A DNA stretch of 64,000 bases, taken from NCBI GenBank assembly GCA_009914755.4, contig CP086569.2:12448001-12512000 (forward strand), written 5' to 3'. Numbering within the stretch: position 1 is the stretch's first letter; every line of letters begins with the position of its first letter. The notes under the pieces are model-generated. The model saw only the letters and a program-made list of their open reading frames with translations, did not search any database and was not told where the DNA came from. The translations under genes and the position numbers were made by a program. Shown here piece after piece: positions 29,185 through 44,419 of the stretch. Source of the DNA: the human T2T-CHM13v2.0 reference genome, Homo sapiens.

Positions 29185-32100
29185 GGATTAGAAAACAATG
29201 GGCTCGAATGGAATTTAATCAAGTCGAATTTAATGGAATGGAATGGAATGCAAAACTATGGAATAGCATCAAATGGAATGGAACAGAATAGAGTGGAATG
29301 GAATGGAATACACAGGAATAGAACAGACTCGAATGTAATGGATTGCAATGTAAGTGATTCAAAGGGAATGGAATCAAATGGAATAAAATCAAATGGAATG
29401 GAATGGAGTGCATTGGAATGGAATAAAATGGAATGCAAACAATGGTACAGAACTCATTTGAATGTAGAGGAATGGAATCGAATGCAATGGAAAAGAATGG
29501 AATGGACACGAATGGAATGGATTGGAAACAAATGGAATGGAAAGGATTTTAATCATACAGAACAAAATAGAATGCAATGGACTCGAATGAAATGGAGTCG
29601 AAGAGAATAGTATCAAATGGAAAGGAATGGAATGCAATCGAATCGAATGGAATGTTAATGAAATTAATTGAAAGGAATAGAATGGAATGAAGTGTAACGG
29701 AAAGATATCGAATTGAATGGAATTGAATGGAATGGACACAAACGGAATGGACTGGAATGGAATGAACTCGAAAGGAATGGAATGGAGCGGAACGGACTCG
29801 AGTGCAATGGAATCGAATGGTATAGAATAGAATGGAATGGAATGGAAAGGAATAGAAGGGAATGGAATCGGATCCAACGGGACAGATTGGAATGGGGTAG
29901 AATTGAATAGAATCGAATGGAATGGCATCGTATGTAATTGAATGGAATGGACTCGAATGGAATGGAGTGACATGTAATGGAATCGAAAGGAATGGAATCG
30001 AATGAAATGGAATTGAATGGAATAGAAAGGAATAGAATGGAATGGAGTTTAATGGAAAGATATTAAAAGTAATGGAATGGAATTGAGTGGACACGACTGG
30101 AATGGACTGGAATGGAAAGGACTCGAATGAAATGGAACGCATTAGAATGGACTCGAATGGAATGGATTGGAGTGGAATGGTCTCGAATGGATTGGAAACG
30201 AATGGAATGGAAAGGAGTAGAATGGAATGTAATCAAATGGAACGAAATGGAATGGAATGGATTCGACTGGAACAGAATTGAATGGAGTGGAATTGATTGG
30301 AATGGAATGCAAACGAATGGAATGAACACGAATGAATAGAATGAAATGAAATGGCATAGAATGGAATGGAATGGAATGGAATGGAATGGAATGGAATGGA
30401 ATGGAATGGAATGGAATGGCATGGCATGGAATGTGATGGAATGGAATGAAATTGATTGTAATGGGATGGGCCCAAAAATAAAGGACTCAAATAAAAGGGA
30501 CTCAAATAGAATGAATTGGAAAGAAACGGTCTCGAATGTAATTCATTCGAATGGAATGATATTGAATGGAATGCAATAGTATGGAAAGGTATCGAAAAGA
30601 ATGGAATAGAATGGAATGGAATGGAACGGAATGGAGTGCATTTGAACGGACTCAAATGCAATAAATTGCAATATAATTGATTCAAATGGAATGGAATCGA
30701 ATAGAATGTAAACAAACGGAATGGAAGGCAATGCAATGGAAAGGAATCGAATGAAATGGAATAAATGGAATGGAATCGAAGGGAAAGGACACGAATATAA
30801 TGGACTGTTAAGGAAAGGTCTCGAATCGAATTTATTCCAATAGAATGGAATCGAATGGAATGCAATACTATTGAATCGAATCGAATGGAATGGAATTGAA
30901 TGGAATAGACAGGAATGGAATGAACTGGAAGTGAATGGACAAGAACGTAATATATTGCAATGTAATGTATTCAAATGGAATGGAATGCAATCGAATGGAA
31001 TGGACTCGATTGGAATGGACTGGAGTGGAATTTACTCAAATGGAATGGAAACGAATGTAATGGAATGGAACTGAAAGCAAAGGAATCTACTGGAATAGAA
31101 TCGAACGGAACAGAAAGGAATGAAATGGAATGGAGTGGAATGGACTCGAAAGGAATGTATTCGAATGTAATGGACCTGAAAGGAATGGAATCCAATGGAA
31201 TGGAATTGAATGGAATCAAGAAGAATAGAATGGAATAGAGTGTAATTAAATGATATCGAATGGAACGGAATGGAATGAAATCGAATGGAATGCACTGGAA
31301 TGGAATGGACTCGATCAGAACGGACTGGAGAGGCATGTACACAAATGAAATGGAAACGAATGGAATGGAATGAAATGGAATGGAAATGGAATTGAAAGGA
31401 ACGGAATGGAATGGAATGGAATGGAATGAAATGGAATGGAATGGATTGGAATAGAATGGAATGGATTGGAATAGAATGGATTCAAATAAAATAGAATCGA
31501 TTGGAATGGTATTGAATGGAAGGGACTTGAATGGAATGGAAAGCAATGGAAGATATTGGAATCGAATGGCATCCAATGAAATGGAATGGAACAGAATGGA
31601 ACGGACCCGAATGGAATGGAATGGACTCAAATGTAATGGACTCGAAAGTAATCGACTGAAATATAATAGACTCGAAAAGAATGGCCTCGAGCGGAATTTA
31701 TTTGAATAGAATGGAATCAAATGGAATACAGTAGTATTTAATGGAACAGAATGGAATGGAATCGAATGGAATGTAATCAAATGGAATGGAACGGAATTCA
31801 ATATAGTGGAATAGAATGGAATGCATTGGAAAGGAGCAGAGTGGAATCAGTGGAATGGAATCGAGTGGAATGGAATCAAAGGGAACGAAATCGAATTGAA
31901 TGGACTTGAATGGAATTGACTCGAAAGGAATTGACTCGAAAGGAATGGACTGGAACAAAAAGGAATCAAATGGACAGGAATGGAATGGAATGGAATGGAC
32001 TCGAATGGAATGGAGTCAAATGCAAACGCATCGAATGGAATGGATTCAAATGGAATGCAATTGAATGGAATAGAAAGGAAGAGAATGGAATTGAGAGTAA

Positions 32101-35100
32101 TGGAAAGATAAGGATTGGAATGAAGTGGAATGGAAAGGAATTGAATGGAAAGGAATGGACTCGGAAGAAATGGATTGGAATGGAATGGTCTCCAATGGAA
32201 TGGACTGGAGTGGAACGGAATCGAATGGAATGAAAAGAATGGAACGGAATGGAACGGAAAGGAATAGAATGTTATGGAATCCGATTGGACAGAATGGAAT
32301 GGAATGGAGTTTCATGAAATGGAGTCGAATAGAGTGGCATCAAAAGGAATGTAATGGAACGGAGTGGACTCCAAAGGAATGGACTCGAAAGGAATGGAGA
32401 CGAACCAAATTGAATCCAATGGATTGGAGTCGAACAGAATGGAATGGAATGGAATGAACTCGACTGGAGTAGAGAGGAATGTAAAGGAATAGAATGGAAT
32501 GTAATCAAATGGATTGCAACTGAATGGAATCAAAAATAATAGAAAGGAATGGAGTGTAAAGGGATGATATTGAATATAATGGAATGGAATGGAATTCAAT
32601 GGAATGGAGTCGAAGGAATGGACAGGAATGTAATGGACTCCAATGGAATGGAATGGATGAAAATGGATTTGAACAGATTGGAATCGAACGGAATGGAATG
32701 CAATGGAATGGAATGGACTCGAATGGAGAAGAGACAAAGGGAATGGAAACGAATTCAATGGAATTGAAAAGAATGGAATGGAATGGCGTGTAATGGTAAG
32801 ATACTAAATGGAATGGAATTGAATGGAATGTAGTGGAATGGACCCAAATGTAATGCCTTCGAATGGAATATACTCAAATGGAATGGAATCGAAAGGAAAG
32901 GTCTCAAATGGAATTTATTCAATACAATGGAATCGAATGGAATGCAATAGAATGGAATGGAATCGAATGTAATGGAATCAAATAGAATGGACCAGAATGG
33001 AATGGACTGCCATAGAACGGACTGCAGTGTAATGGATTGAATTCTAATTCATTCAAATGGAATGGAATGGAGTGGAATGGAATCGAATGGAATGGATAGG
33101 ATTGTACTGGATTGGAATAGAATGGAATGCAACGGAGTGGAATGGAGTTGAATGAAGTGGAATGGAATCGATTGGAATGGAATCAAATGGAATGGACGGG
33201 AATGGAATGGACTAGAAGAGCACAGACTCGAATATAATGGATTGCAATGTAATTGATTCAAATGGAATGGAATCGAATGGAATGTAATAAAATTGAAGGG
33301 ATTGGAGTTCAATGCAATGGAAAAGAATGGAATGCAAAGGAATGGAAAGGAACGGAGTGAAATGGAGTGTAATGGAATCGAATGGAATGAAATCGAATGG
33401 AATGGACTCAAAAGAAATGGACGAGGGACAAAACGGAATCGAACTGATTGGAATGGAACGGAACGGAAAGGAATGGAATGTTCTCCATTGGATGGGAGTA
33501 GAACGGATTGGAATGGAATGGAATGAAATGGAATGGAAAGGAATAGAATGGAATGGAATGGAATGGAAGGTAATGGAAAGATATCGAACGGATTGGAAAG
33601 GAATGCAATGGACCCTAATGGAATGGAATGGAATTCAACAGAAACGAATGGAATGGACTGGAGTGAAATGGAGTCGAATGTAATTGACTGGAGTGGAATG
33701 GACTCGAAAGGAATGGACTCGAATAGAATGGACTGGAATGGAATGTACTCGAATGGAGTGGAAAGGAATAAAATGGATTCCACCAGATTGGAATGGAACA
33801 GACTGAAATGGAATGGAATGGAATGCAATGGAACGGCTCGACTGGAATGGAGTCGAATGCAATGGAATAGAAAGGAAAGGAATTGAATGGAATTGAAAGT
33901 AATAGAATTAAATGGAGTGCAAAGAAAAGATATCGAATGGAATGGATCGAAAAGAAATAGAATGGAATGGACAGGAATGGAATGGAATAGAATGGAATAG
34001 ACTGGCGTGCAATGAAAACGAATGGAATGGAATGGAAAGGAATGGAGTACAATAAATACTATCGAATGGAATGGAATGGAATGGAATGGAATGGAATGGA
34101 ATGGAATGGAATGGAATGGAGGCGAAAGGAAAAGAATGGATTGGAATGTCACCGAATGGAAAGATATGGAATGGAAAGGAATGGATACGAATGGAATGGA
34201 ATATAAAGGAACGGAAAGGTTAAGAATGGAATGGAATTGGATAGAATGGAATGCAATGTAATGGAGTCGAATGGAAAATAATCGAGTAGAATGATATCGA
34301 ATGGAATGGAATTTAATGGAATGGAATGGAATGGAACAGACTCGAATGGAATGAACTCAAATGGATTAGAATAGAATGGAATGGAACTAAACGTAATGAA
34401 CTCGAATGGAATGGACACAAATAGAATGGAAGGGAAAGGAATGGTATTGAATGCAATTTATTCGAATAGAATGGAATTCAATGGAATGCAACATTGTGGC
34501 ATGGAATCAAATGGAATGGAATCGAATGGAATGGACCCGAGTGGAATGGACTCACATAGAACAGCCTTGAATGTAATGGATGACAATGTATTAGATTCGA
34601 AAGGACTGAAATCGAATGGAATGTAATCAAATAGAACGGAATTGAATGCATGCAATGGCATAGAAAGTAATGCAATGGAATGGAACAGACTGGAATGGAA
34701 TGGAATCGGATGGAATGTAATGAAATGTAATGGAAGGATTGCCATGGAATGGAATGGAATGGAATGCAATGGGCCGTTGTATAATGGAGTGCAATGGAAT
34801 TCAGTGGAATGTAGTCAATAGGAATGAAATAGAATGGAATTCAATATAAGGGAATGGCATCCAATGGCAAGGAATGGAGTGGACTCCAATGGAAACAACA
34901 TGAAAGGAATATAATATAATGGAATGGCATTGAACGAAATGGAAAGCAATGGAGTTAAAAGGTAAGATATCGAATGGAAAAGAATTGAATGGACTCGAAT
35001 GGAATATAACGGAATGGAATGGACTCGAATGGAATGTACTAGAGTTGAATGGAATGGAATGGAATGGAAAACAATGGAAAGGAAAGGAAGGGAATTGAAA

Positions 35101-36814
35101 GGAAAGGAATAGAATGGAATGGAATCGGATAGAACGGAATTGAATGGAATGGAAACTAAAGGAATAGAATAGAAAGGAATGGCATTGAATGGAATGGAAT
35201 GGAATGGAATCAGATGGAACAGAAAGGAATGGAATAGAATCGAATGGTATGGCATCGAATGGATTGGAATGGAAAGGAATGGAATGGACTCGAATGGAAT
35301 GTACTCAAATGGAATAGAATAGAATGGAACGGAAGTAAATATAATGGACTCGAATGGAATGGATTGGAATAAATTGGAATTGAATGTATTGGATTCGAAT
35401 GGAAAGGAATGGAATGGAATGGAATGGATTCGAATGGAATGGAATCGAATGGAATGGAACGAATTGGAATGTAATTGAATGGCGTCGAAAACAGTAGAAA
35501 GAAATGAAGTTTAATCGAATGATATCGAATGGAATTGAATGGAATGTACGCGAATGGAATGGACTGGAATGGAATGGACTCTATGGGAATGAAGAGGAGT
35601 GGAATGGACTCGAATGTCATGGAGACGATTGGAATGGAAAGGAATGCAAAGGAATGGAATGGAATGGAATCTGATGCATCGCAATGGAATGGAATGGGGT
35701 CGAATGGAATAGAATCGAAAGGAATGGCATCCAATGGAATGGAAACGAATTGAATGGAATGGCATGGAATGGAATGGAAAGGAATATAATGGAAAGGAAT
35801 CGGATGGAACGGAATGGAATGTAATGGAGTCGAATGGAATAGAATCTAATAGAATTGCATTGATAGGAATGGAATCGAACGGACTCGAAAGGATTGGAGC
35901 CTAACAGAAGAGAATCGAACAGAATAGCATCAAATGGAATGGAAATGAATGGAATGGAATGGAATGGAATGGAATGGAATGGAATGGAATGGAATGGAAT
36001 GGACACACATGTAATGGACTTGAATGGAATGGAATCAAATAGAATGGACGCGAATGGAATGGTCTCGAATGGAATTTATGAAAATAGAATGGAATCGAAA
36101 TTCATTGAACATTATGGAATGGAATCAAATGGAATGAAATCGAATGGAAGGAACCGGAATGGAATGTACTGGAATAGAACGGACTCGAATGTTACGGAAA
36201 GAAAAGTAAGTGATTCGGATGTCTTTTAATTGAATGGAATGAAATCAAATGGAATGGAAAGGAATAAAATGGAATGGAATGAAATAGAATGCAATAGAAT
36301 GGAAGGGAGTGGAGTCGAGTTGAATGGAATCGAATTGAATGGAATAGAATGGAATAGAATCAAATGGAATGGATTCGAATGCAATGGAACCGAATGGAAT
36401 GGACTGGAACATAATGGAATCGAAAGGAATGGAAAGGAATTGAATGCAATGGAAAGCAATGGAATCGAATGTAATGGAGTCGTATGTAGTGGAGTCGAAT
36501 GGAATGGAATCAAATGGAAGGAAAAGAATACAATCGAATGGAATAGAATAGAATGCAACAGAATGAAACGGAGTGGAATCGAGTGGGATGGAATAGAATT
36601 GAATGGAATGGAAAGGAATGGAATCGAATGGAATGGAATCGAATGGAATGGAACCGAATGGAATGGAATGGAACAAAATGGAATTGAACAGATTAGAATC
36701 GAATGGATCCGAATCGAATGGAATGGAATATAATGGAATGGAATGGAATGGAATGGAATGGAATGGAATCGACCCAAATGTAATGAACTCTAATGAAATG
36801 GACTTTAATAGAAT
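29185..36814. repeat. HOR copy 7, long form (7630 bp)
   Basis: Marker at 29185. Extra segment at about 30761..34535, with direct repeats at 30736-30760 and 34511-34535 (the second copy has 2 mismatches). Confidence 0.9.
30761..34535. other. Long-form-specific ~3.77 kb segment in HOR copy 7
   Basis: Collinear with 23171..26935 (artefact ORFs 30971..31801, 33049..34152 and others recur). Confidence 0.85.
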
Positions 36815-39800
36815 GGATTAGAAAACAATGGGCTCGAATGGAATTTAATCAAGTCGAATTTAATGGAATGGAATGGAATGCAAAACTATGGAATAGCATC
36901 AAATGGAATGGAACAGAATAGAGTGGAATGGAATGGAATACACAGGAATAGAACAGACTCGAATGTAATGGATTGCAATGTAAGTGATTCAAAGGGAATG
37001 GAATCAAATGGAATAAAATCAAATGGAATGGAATGGAGTGCATTGGTATGGAATAAAATGGAATGCAAACAATGGTACAGAACTCATTTGAATGTAGAGG
37101 AATGGAATCGAATGCAATGGAAAAGAATGGAATGGACACGAATGGAATGGATTGGAAACAAATGGAATGGAAAGGATTTTAATCATACAGAACAAAATAG
37201 AATGCAATGGACTCGAATGAAATGGAGTCGAAGAGAATAGTATCAAATGGAAAGGAATGGAATGCAATCGAATCGAATGGAATGTTAATGAAATTAATTG
37301 AAAGGAATAGAATGGAATGAAGTGTAACGGAAAGATATCGAATTGAATGGAATTGAATGGAATGGACACAAACGGAATGGACTGGAATGGAATGAACTCG
37401 AAAGGAATGGAATGGAGCGGAACGGACTCGAGTGCAATGGAATCGAATGGTATAGAATAGAATGGAATGGAATGGAAAGGAATAGAAGGGAATGGAATCG
37501 GATCCAACGGGACAGATTGGAATGGGGTAGAATTGAATAGAATCGAATGGAATGGCATCGTATGTAATTGAATGGAATGGACTCGAATGGAATGGAGTGA
37601 CATGTAATGGAATCGAAAGGAATGGAATCGAATGAAATGGAATTGAATGGAATAGAAAGGAATAGAATGGAATGGAGTTTAATGGAAAGATATTAAAAGT
37701 AATGGAATGGAATTGAGTGGACACGACTGGAATGGACTGGAATGGAAAGGACTCGAATGAAATGGAACGCATTAGAATGGACTCGAATGGAATGGATTGG
37801 AGTGGAATGGTCTCGAATGGATTGGAAACGAATGGAATGGAAAGGAGTAGAATGGAATGTAATCAAATGGAACGAAATGGAATGGAATGGATTCGACTGG
37901 AACAGAATTGAATGGAGTGGAATTGATTGGAATGGAATGCAAACGAATGGAATGAACACGAATGAATAGAATGAAATGAAATGGCATAGAATGGAATGGA
38001 ATGGAATGGAATGGAATGGAATGGAATGGAATGGAATGGAATGGCATGGCATGGAATGTGATGGAATGGAATGAAATTGATTGTAATGGGATGGGCCCAA
38101 AAATAAAGGACTCAAATAAAAGGGACTCAAATAGAATGAATTGGAAAGAAACGGTCTCGAATGTAATTCATTCGAATGGAATGATATTGAATGGAATGCA
38201 ATAGTATGGAAAGGTATCGAAAAGAATGGAATAGAATGGAATGGAATGGAACGGAATGGAGTGCATTTGAACGGACTCAAATGCAATAAATTGCAATATA
38301 ATTGATTCAAATGGAATGGAATCGAATAGAATGTAAACAAACGGAATGGAAGGCAATGCAATGGAAAGGAATCGAATGAAATGGAATAAATGGAATGGAA
38401 TCGAAGGGAAAGGACACGAATATAATGGACTGTTAAGGAAAGGTCTCGAATCGAATTTATTCCAATAGAATGGAATCGAATGGAATGCAATACTATTGAA
38501 TCGAATCGAATGGAATGGAATTGAATGGAATAGACAGGAATGGAATGAACTGGAAGTGAATGGACAAGAACGTAATATATTGCAATGTAATGTATTCAAA
38601 TGGAATGGAATGCAATCGAATGGAATGGACTCGATTGGAATGGACTGGAGTGGAATTTACTCAAATGGAATGGAAACGAATGTAATGGAATGGAACTGAA
38701 AGCAAAGGAATCTACTGGAATAGAATCGAACGGAACAGAAAGGAATGAAATGGAATGGAGTGGAATGGACTCGAAAGGAATGTATTCGAATGTAATGGAC
38801 CTGAAAGGAATGGAATCCAATGGAATGGAATTGAATGGAATCAAGAAGAATAGAATGGAATAGAGTGTAATTAAATGATATCGAATGGAACGGAATGGAA
38901 TGAAATCGAATGGAATGCACTGGAATGGAATGGACTCGATCAGAACGGACTGGAGAGGCATGTACACAAATGAAATGGAAACGAATGGAATGGAATGAAA
39001 TGGAATGGAAATGGAATTGAAAGGAACGGAATGGAATGGAATGGAATGGAATGAAATGGAATGGAATGGATTGGAATAGAATGGAATGGATTGGAATAGA
39101 ATGGATTCAAATAAAATAGAATCGATTGGAATGGTATTGAATGGAAGGGACTTGAATGGAATGGAAAGCAATGGAAGATATTGGAATCGAATGGCATCCA
39201 ATGAAATGGAATGGAACAGAATGGAACGGACCCGAATGGAATGGAATGGACTCAAATGTAATGGACTCGAAAGTAATCGACTGAAATATAATAGACTCGA
39301 AAAGAATGGCCTCGAGCGGAATTTATTTGAATAGAATGGAATCAAATGGAATACAGTAGTATTTAATGGAACAGAATGGAATGGAATCGAATGGAATGTA
39401 ATCAAATGGAATGGAACGGAATTCAATATAGTGGAATAGAATGGAATGCATTGGAAAGGAGCAGAGTGGAATCAGTGGAATGGAATCGAGTGGAATGGAA
39501 TCAAAGGGAACGAAATCGAATTGAATGGACTTGAATGGAATTGACTCGAAAGGAATTGACTCGAAAGGAATGGACTGGAACAAAAAGGAATCAAATGGAC
39601 AGGAATGGAATGGAATGGAATGGACTCGAATGGAATGGAGTCAAATGCAAACGCATCGAATGGAATGGATTCAAATGGAATGCAATTGAATGGAATAGAA
39701 AGGAAGAGAATGGAATTGAGAGTAATGGAAAGATAAGGATTGGAATGAAGTGGAATGGAAAGGAATTGAATGGAAAGGAATGGACTCGGAAGAAATGGAT

Positions 39801-42800
39801 TGGAATGGAATGGTCTCCAATGGAATGGACTGGAGTGGAACGGAATCGAATGGAATGAAAAGAATGGAACGGAATGGAACGGAAAGGAATAGAATGTTAT
39901 GGAATCCGATTGGACAGAATGGAATGGAATGGAGTTTCATGAAATGGAGTCGAATAGAGTGGCATCAAAAGGAATGTAATGGAACGGAGTGGACTCCAAA
40001 GGAATGGACTCGAAAGGAATGGAGACGAACCAAATTGAATCCAATGGATTGGAGTCGAACAGAATGGAATGGAATGGAATGAACTCGACTGGAGTAGAGA
40101 GGAATGTAAAGGAATAGAATGGAATGTAATCAAATGGATTGCAACTGAATGGAATCAAAAATAATAGAAAGGAATGGAGTGTAAAGGGATGATATTGAAT
40201 ATAATGGAATGGAATGGAATTCAATGGAATGGAGTCGAAGGAATGGACAGGAATGTAATGGACTCCAATGGAATGGAATGGATGAAAATGGATTTGAACA
40301 GATTGGAATCGAACGGAATGGAATGCAATGGAATGGAATGGACTCGAATGGAGAAGAGACAAAGGGAATGGAAACGAATTCAATGGAATTGAAAAGAATG
40401 GAATGGAATGGCGTGTAATGGTAAGATACTAAATGGAATGGAATTGAATGGAATGTAGTGGAATGGACCCAAATGTAATGCCTTCGAATGGAATATACTC
40501 AAATGGAATGGAATCGAAAGGAAAGGTCTCAAATGGAATTTATTCAATACAATGGAATCGAATGGAATGCAATAGAATGGAATGGAATCGAATGTAATGG
40601 AATCAAATAGAATGGACCAGAATGGAATGGACTGCCATAGAACGGACTGCAGTGTAATGGATTGAATTCTAATTCATTCAAATGGAATGGAATGGAGTGG
40701 AATGGAATCGAATGGAATGGATAGGATTGTACTGGATTGGAATAGAATGGAATGCAACGGAGTGGAATGGAGTTGAATGAAGTGGAATGGAATCGATTGG
40801 AATGGAATCAAATGGAATGGACGGGAATGGAATGGACTAGAAGAGCACAGACTCGAATATAATGGATTGCAATGTAATTGATTCAAATGGAATGGAATCG
40901 AATGGAATGTAATAAAATTGAAGGGATTGGAGTTCAATGCAATGGAAAAGAATGGAATGCAAAGGAATGGAAAGGAACGGAGTGAAATGGAGTGTAATGG
41001 AATCGAATGGAATGAAATCGAATGGAATGGACTCAAAAGAAATGGACGAGGGACAAAACGGAATCGAACTGATTGGAATGGAACGGAACGGAAAGGAATG
41101 GAATGTTCTCCATTGGATGGGAGTAGAACGGATTGGAATGGAATGGAATGAAATGGAATGGAAAGGAATAGAATGGAATGGAATGGAATGGAAGGTAATG
41201 GAAAGATATCGAACGGATTGGAAAGGAATGCAATGGACCCTAATGGAATGGAATGGAATTCAACAGAAACGAATGGAATGGACTGGAGTGAAATGGAGTC
41301 GAATGTAATTGACTGGAGTGGAATGGACTCGAAAGGAATGGACTCGAATAGAATGGACTGGAATGGAATGTACTCGAATGGAGTGGAAAGGAATAAAATG
41401 GATTCCACCAGATTGGAATGGAACAGACTGAAATGGAATGGAATGGAATGCAATGGAACGGCTCGACTGGAATGGAGTCGAATGCAATGGAATAGAAAGG
41501 AAAGGAATTGAATGGAATTGAAAGTAATAGAATTAAATGGAGTGCAAAGAAAAGATATCGAATGGAATGGATCGAAAAGAAATAGAATGGAATGGACAGG
41601 AATGGAATGGAATAGAATGGAATAGACTGGCGTGCAATGAAAACGAATGGAATGGAATGGAAAGGAATGGAGTACAATAAATACTATCGAATGGAATGGA
41701 ATGGAATGGAATGGAATGGAATGGAATGGAATGGAGGCGAAAGGAAAAGAATGGATTGGAATGTCACCGAATGGAAAGATATGGAATGGAAAGGAATGGA
41801 TACGAATGGAATGGAATATAAAGGAACGGAAAGGTTAAGAATGGAATGGAATTGGATAGAATGGAATGCAATGTAATGGAGTCGAATGGAAAATAATCGA
41901 GTAGAATGATATCGAATGGAATGGAATTTAATGGAATGGAATGGAATGGAACGGACTCGAATGGAATGAACTCAAATGGATTAGAATAGAATGGAATGGA
42001 ACTAAACGTAATGAACTCGAATGGAATGGACACAAATAGAATGGAAGGGAAAGGAATGGTATTGAATGCAATTTATTCGAATAGAATGGAATTCAATGGA
42101 ATGCAACATTGTGGCATGGAATCAAATGGAATGGAATCGAATGGAATGGACCCGAGTGGAATGGACTCACATAGAACAGCCTTGAATGTAATGGATGACA
42201 ATGTATTAGATTCGAAAGGACTGAAATCGAATGGAATGTAATCAAATAGAACGGAATTGAATGCATGCAATGGCATAGAAAGTAATGCAATGGAATGGAA
42301 CAGACTGGAATGGAATGGAATCGGATGGAATGTAATGAAATGTAATGGAAGGATTGCCATGGAATGGAATGGAATGGAATGCAATGGGCCGTTGTATAAT
42401 GGAGTGCAATGGAATTCAGTGGAATGTAGTCAATAGGAATGAAATAGAATGGAATTCAATATAAGGGAATGGCATCCAATGGCAAGGAATGGAGTGGACT
42501 CCAATGGAAACAACATGAAAGGAATATAATATAATGGAATGGCATTGAACGAAATGGAAAGCAATGGAGTTAAAAGGTAAGATATCGAATGGAAAAGAAT
42601 TGAATGGACTCGAATGGAATATAACGGAATGGAATGGACTCGAATGGAATGTACTAGAGTTGAATGGAATGGAATGGAATGGAAAACAATGGAAAGGAAA
42701 GGAAGGGAATTGAAAGGAAAGGAATAGAATGGAATGGAATCGGATAGAACGGAATTGAATGGAATGGAAACTAAAGGAATAGAATAGAAAGGAATGGCAT

Positions 42801-44419
42801 TGAATGGAATGGAATGGAATGGAATCAGATGGAACAGAAAGGAATGGAATAGAATCGAATGGTATGGCATCGAATGGATTGGAATGGAAAGGAATGGAAT
42901 GGACTCGAATGGAATGTACTCAAATGGAATAGAATAGAATGGAACGGAAGTAAATATAATGGACTCGAATGGAATGGATTGGAATAAATTGGAATTGAAT
43001 GTATTGGATTCGAATGGAAAGGAATGGAATGGAATGGAATGGATTCGAATGGAATGGAATCGAATGGAATGGAACGAATTGGAATGTAATTGAATGGCGT
43101 CGAAAACAGTAGAAAGAAATGAAGTTTAATCGAATGATATCGAATGGAATTGAATGGAATGTACGCGAATGGAATGGACTGGAATGGAATGGACTCTATG
43201 GGAATGAAGAGGAGTGGAATGGACTCGAATGTCATGGAGACGATTGGAATGGAAAGGAATGCAAAGGAATGGAATGGAATGGAATCTGATGCATCGCAAT
43301 GGAATGGAATGGGGTCGAATGGAATAGAATCGAAAGGAATGGCATCCAATGGAATGGAAACGAATTGAATGGAATGGCATGGAATGGAATGGAAAGGAAT
43401 ATAATGGAAAGGAATCGGATGGAACGGAATGGAATGTAATGGAGTCGAATGGAATAGAATCTAATAGAATTGCATTGATAGGAATGGAATCGAACGGACT
43501 CGAAAGGATTGGAGCCTAACAGAAGAGAATCGAACAGAATAGCATCAAATGGAATGGAAATGAATGGAATGGAATGGAATGGAATGGAATGGAATGGAAT
43601 GGAATGGACACACATGTAATGGACTTGAATGGAATGGAATCAAATAGAATGGACGCGAATGGAATGGTCTCGAATGGAATTTATGAAAATAGAATGGAAT
43701 CGAAATTCATTGAACATTATGGAATGGAATCAAATGGAATGAAATCGAATGGAAGGAACCGGAATGGAATGTACTGGAATAGAACGGACTCGAATGTTAC
43801 GGAAAGAAAAGTAAGTGATTCGGATGTCTTTTAATTGAATGGAATGAAATCAAATGGAATGGAAAGGAATAAAATGGAATGGAATGAAATAGAATGCAAT
43901 AGAATGGAAGGGAGTGGAGTCGAGTTGAATGGAATCGAATTGAATGGAATAGAATGGAATAGAATCAAATGGAATGGATTCGAATGCAATGGAACCGAAT
44001 GGAATGGACTGGAACATAATGGAATCGAAAGGAATGGAAAGGAATTGAATGCAATGGAAAGCAATGGAATCGAATGTAATGGAGTCGTATGTAGTGGAGT
44101 CGAATGGAATGGAATCAAATGGAAGGAAAAGAATACAATCGAATGGAATAGAATAGAATGCAACAGAATGAAACGGAGTGGAATCGAGTGGGATGGAATA
44201 GAATTGAATGGAATGGAAAGGAATGGAATCGAATGGAATGGAATCGAATGGAATGGAACCGAATGGAATGGAATGGAACAAAATGGAATTGAACAGATCA
44301 GAATCGAATGGATCCGAATCGAATGGAATGGAATATAATGGAATGGAATGGAATGGAATGGAATGGAATGGAATGGACCCAAATGTAATGAACTCTAATG
44401 AAATGGACTTTAATAGAAT
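36815..44419. repeat. HOR copy 8, long form (7605 bp), near-identical to copy 7
   Basis: Marker at 36815. Extra segment at about 38386..42150 (direct repeats 38361-38385 and 42126-42150). It shares private variants with copy 7. Confidence 0.9.
38386..42150. other. Long-form-specific ~3.77 kb segment in HOR copy 8
   Basis: Collinear with 30761..34535. ORF artefacts 38596..39426 and 40674..41453 are identical in sequence to the copy 7 equivalents. Confidence 0.85.

Noticed and set aside
33049-34152. Long minus-strand ORFs (367 aa here; 375 aa at 51977..53104; 348 aa at 62915..63961; 310 aa at 4720..5652, and others) that might be taken as genes
   Set aside because: Their translations are low-complexity IPFHS/FHSIPF iterations, the direct reading of (ATTCC)n, which has no stop codon in any frame. 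Each ORF recurs at the HOR period with identical sequence and overlaps ORFs in other frames and on the other strand. There are no start or RBS context, no domain-like composition and no codon-usage signal.
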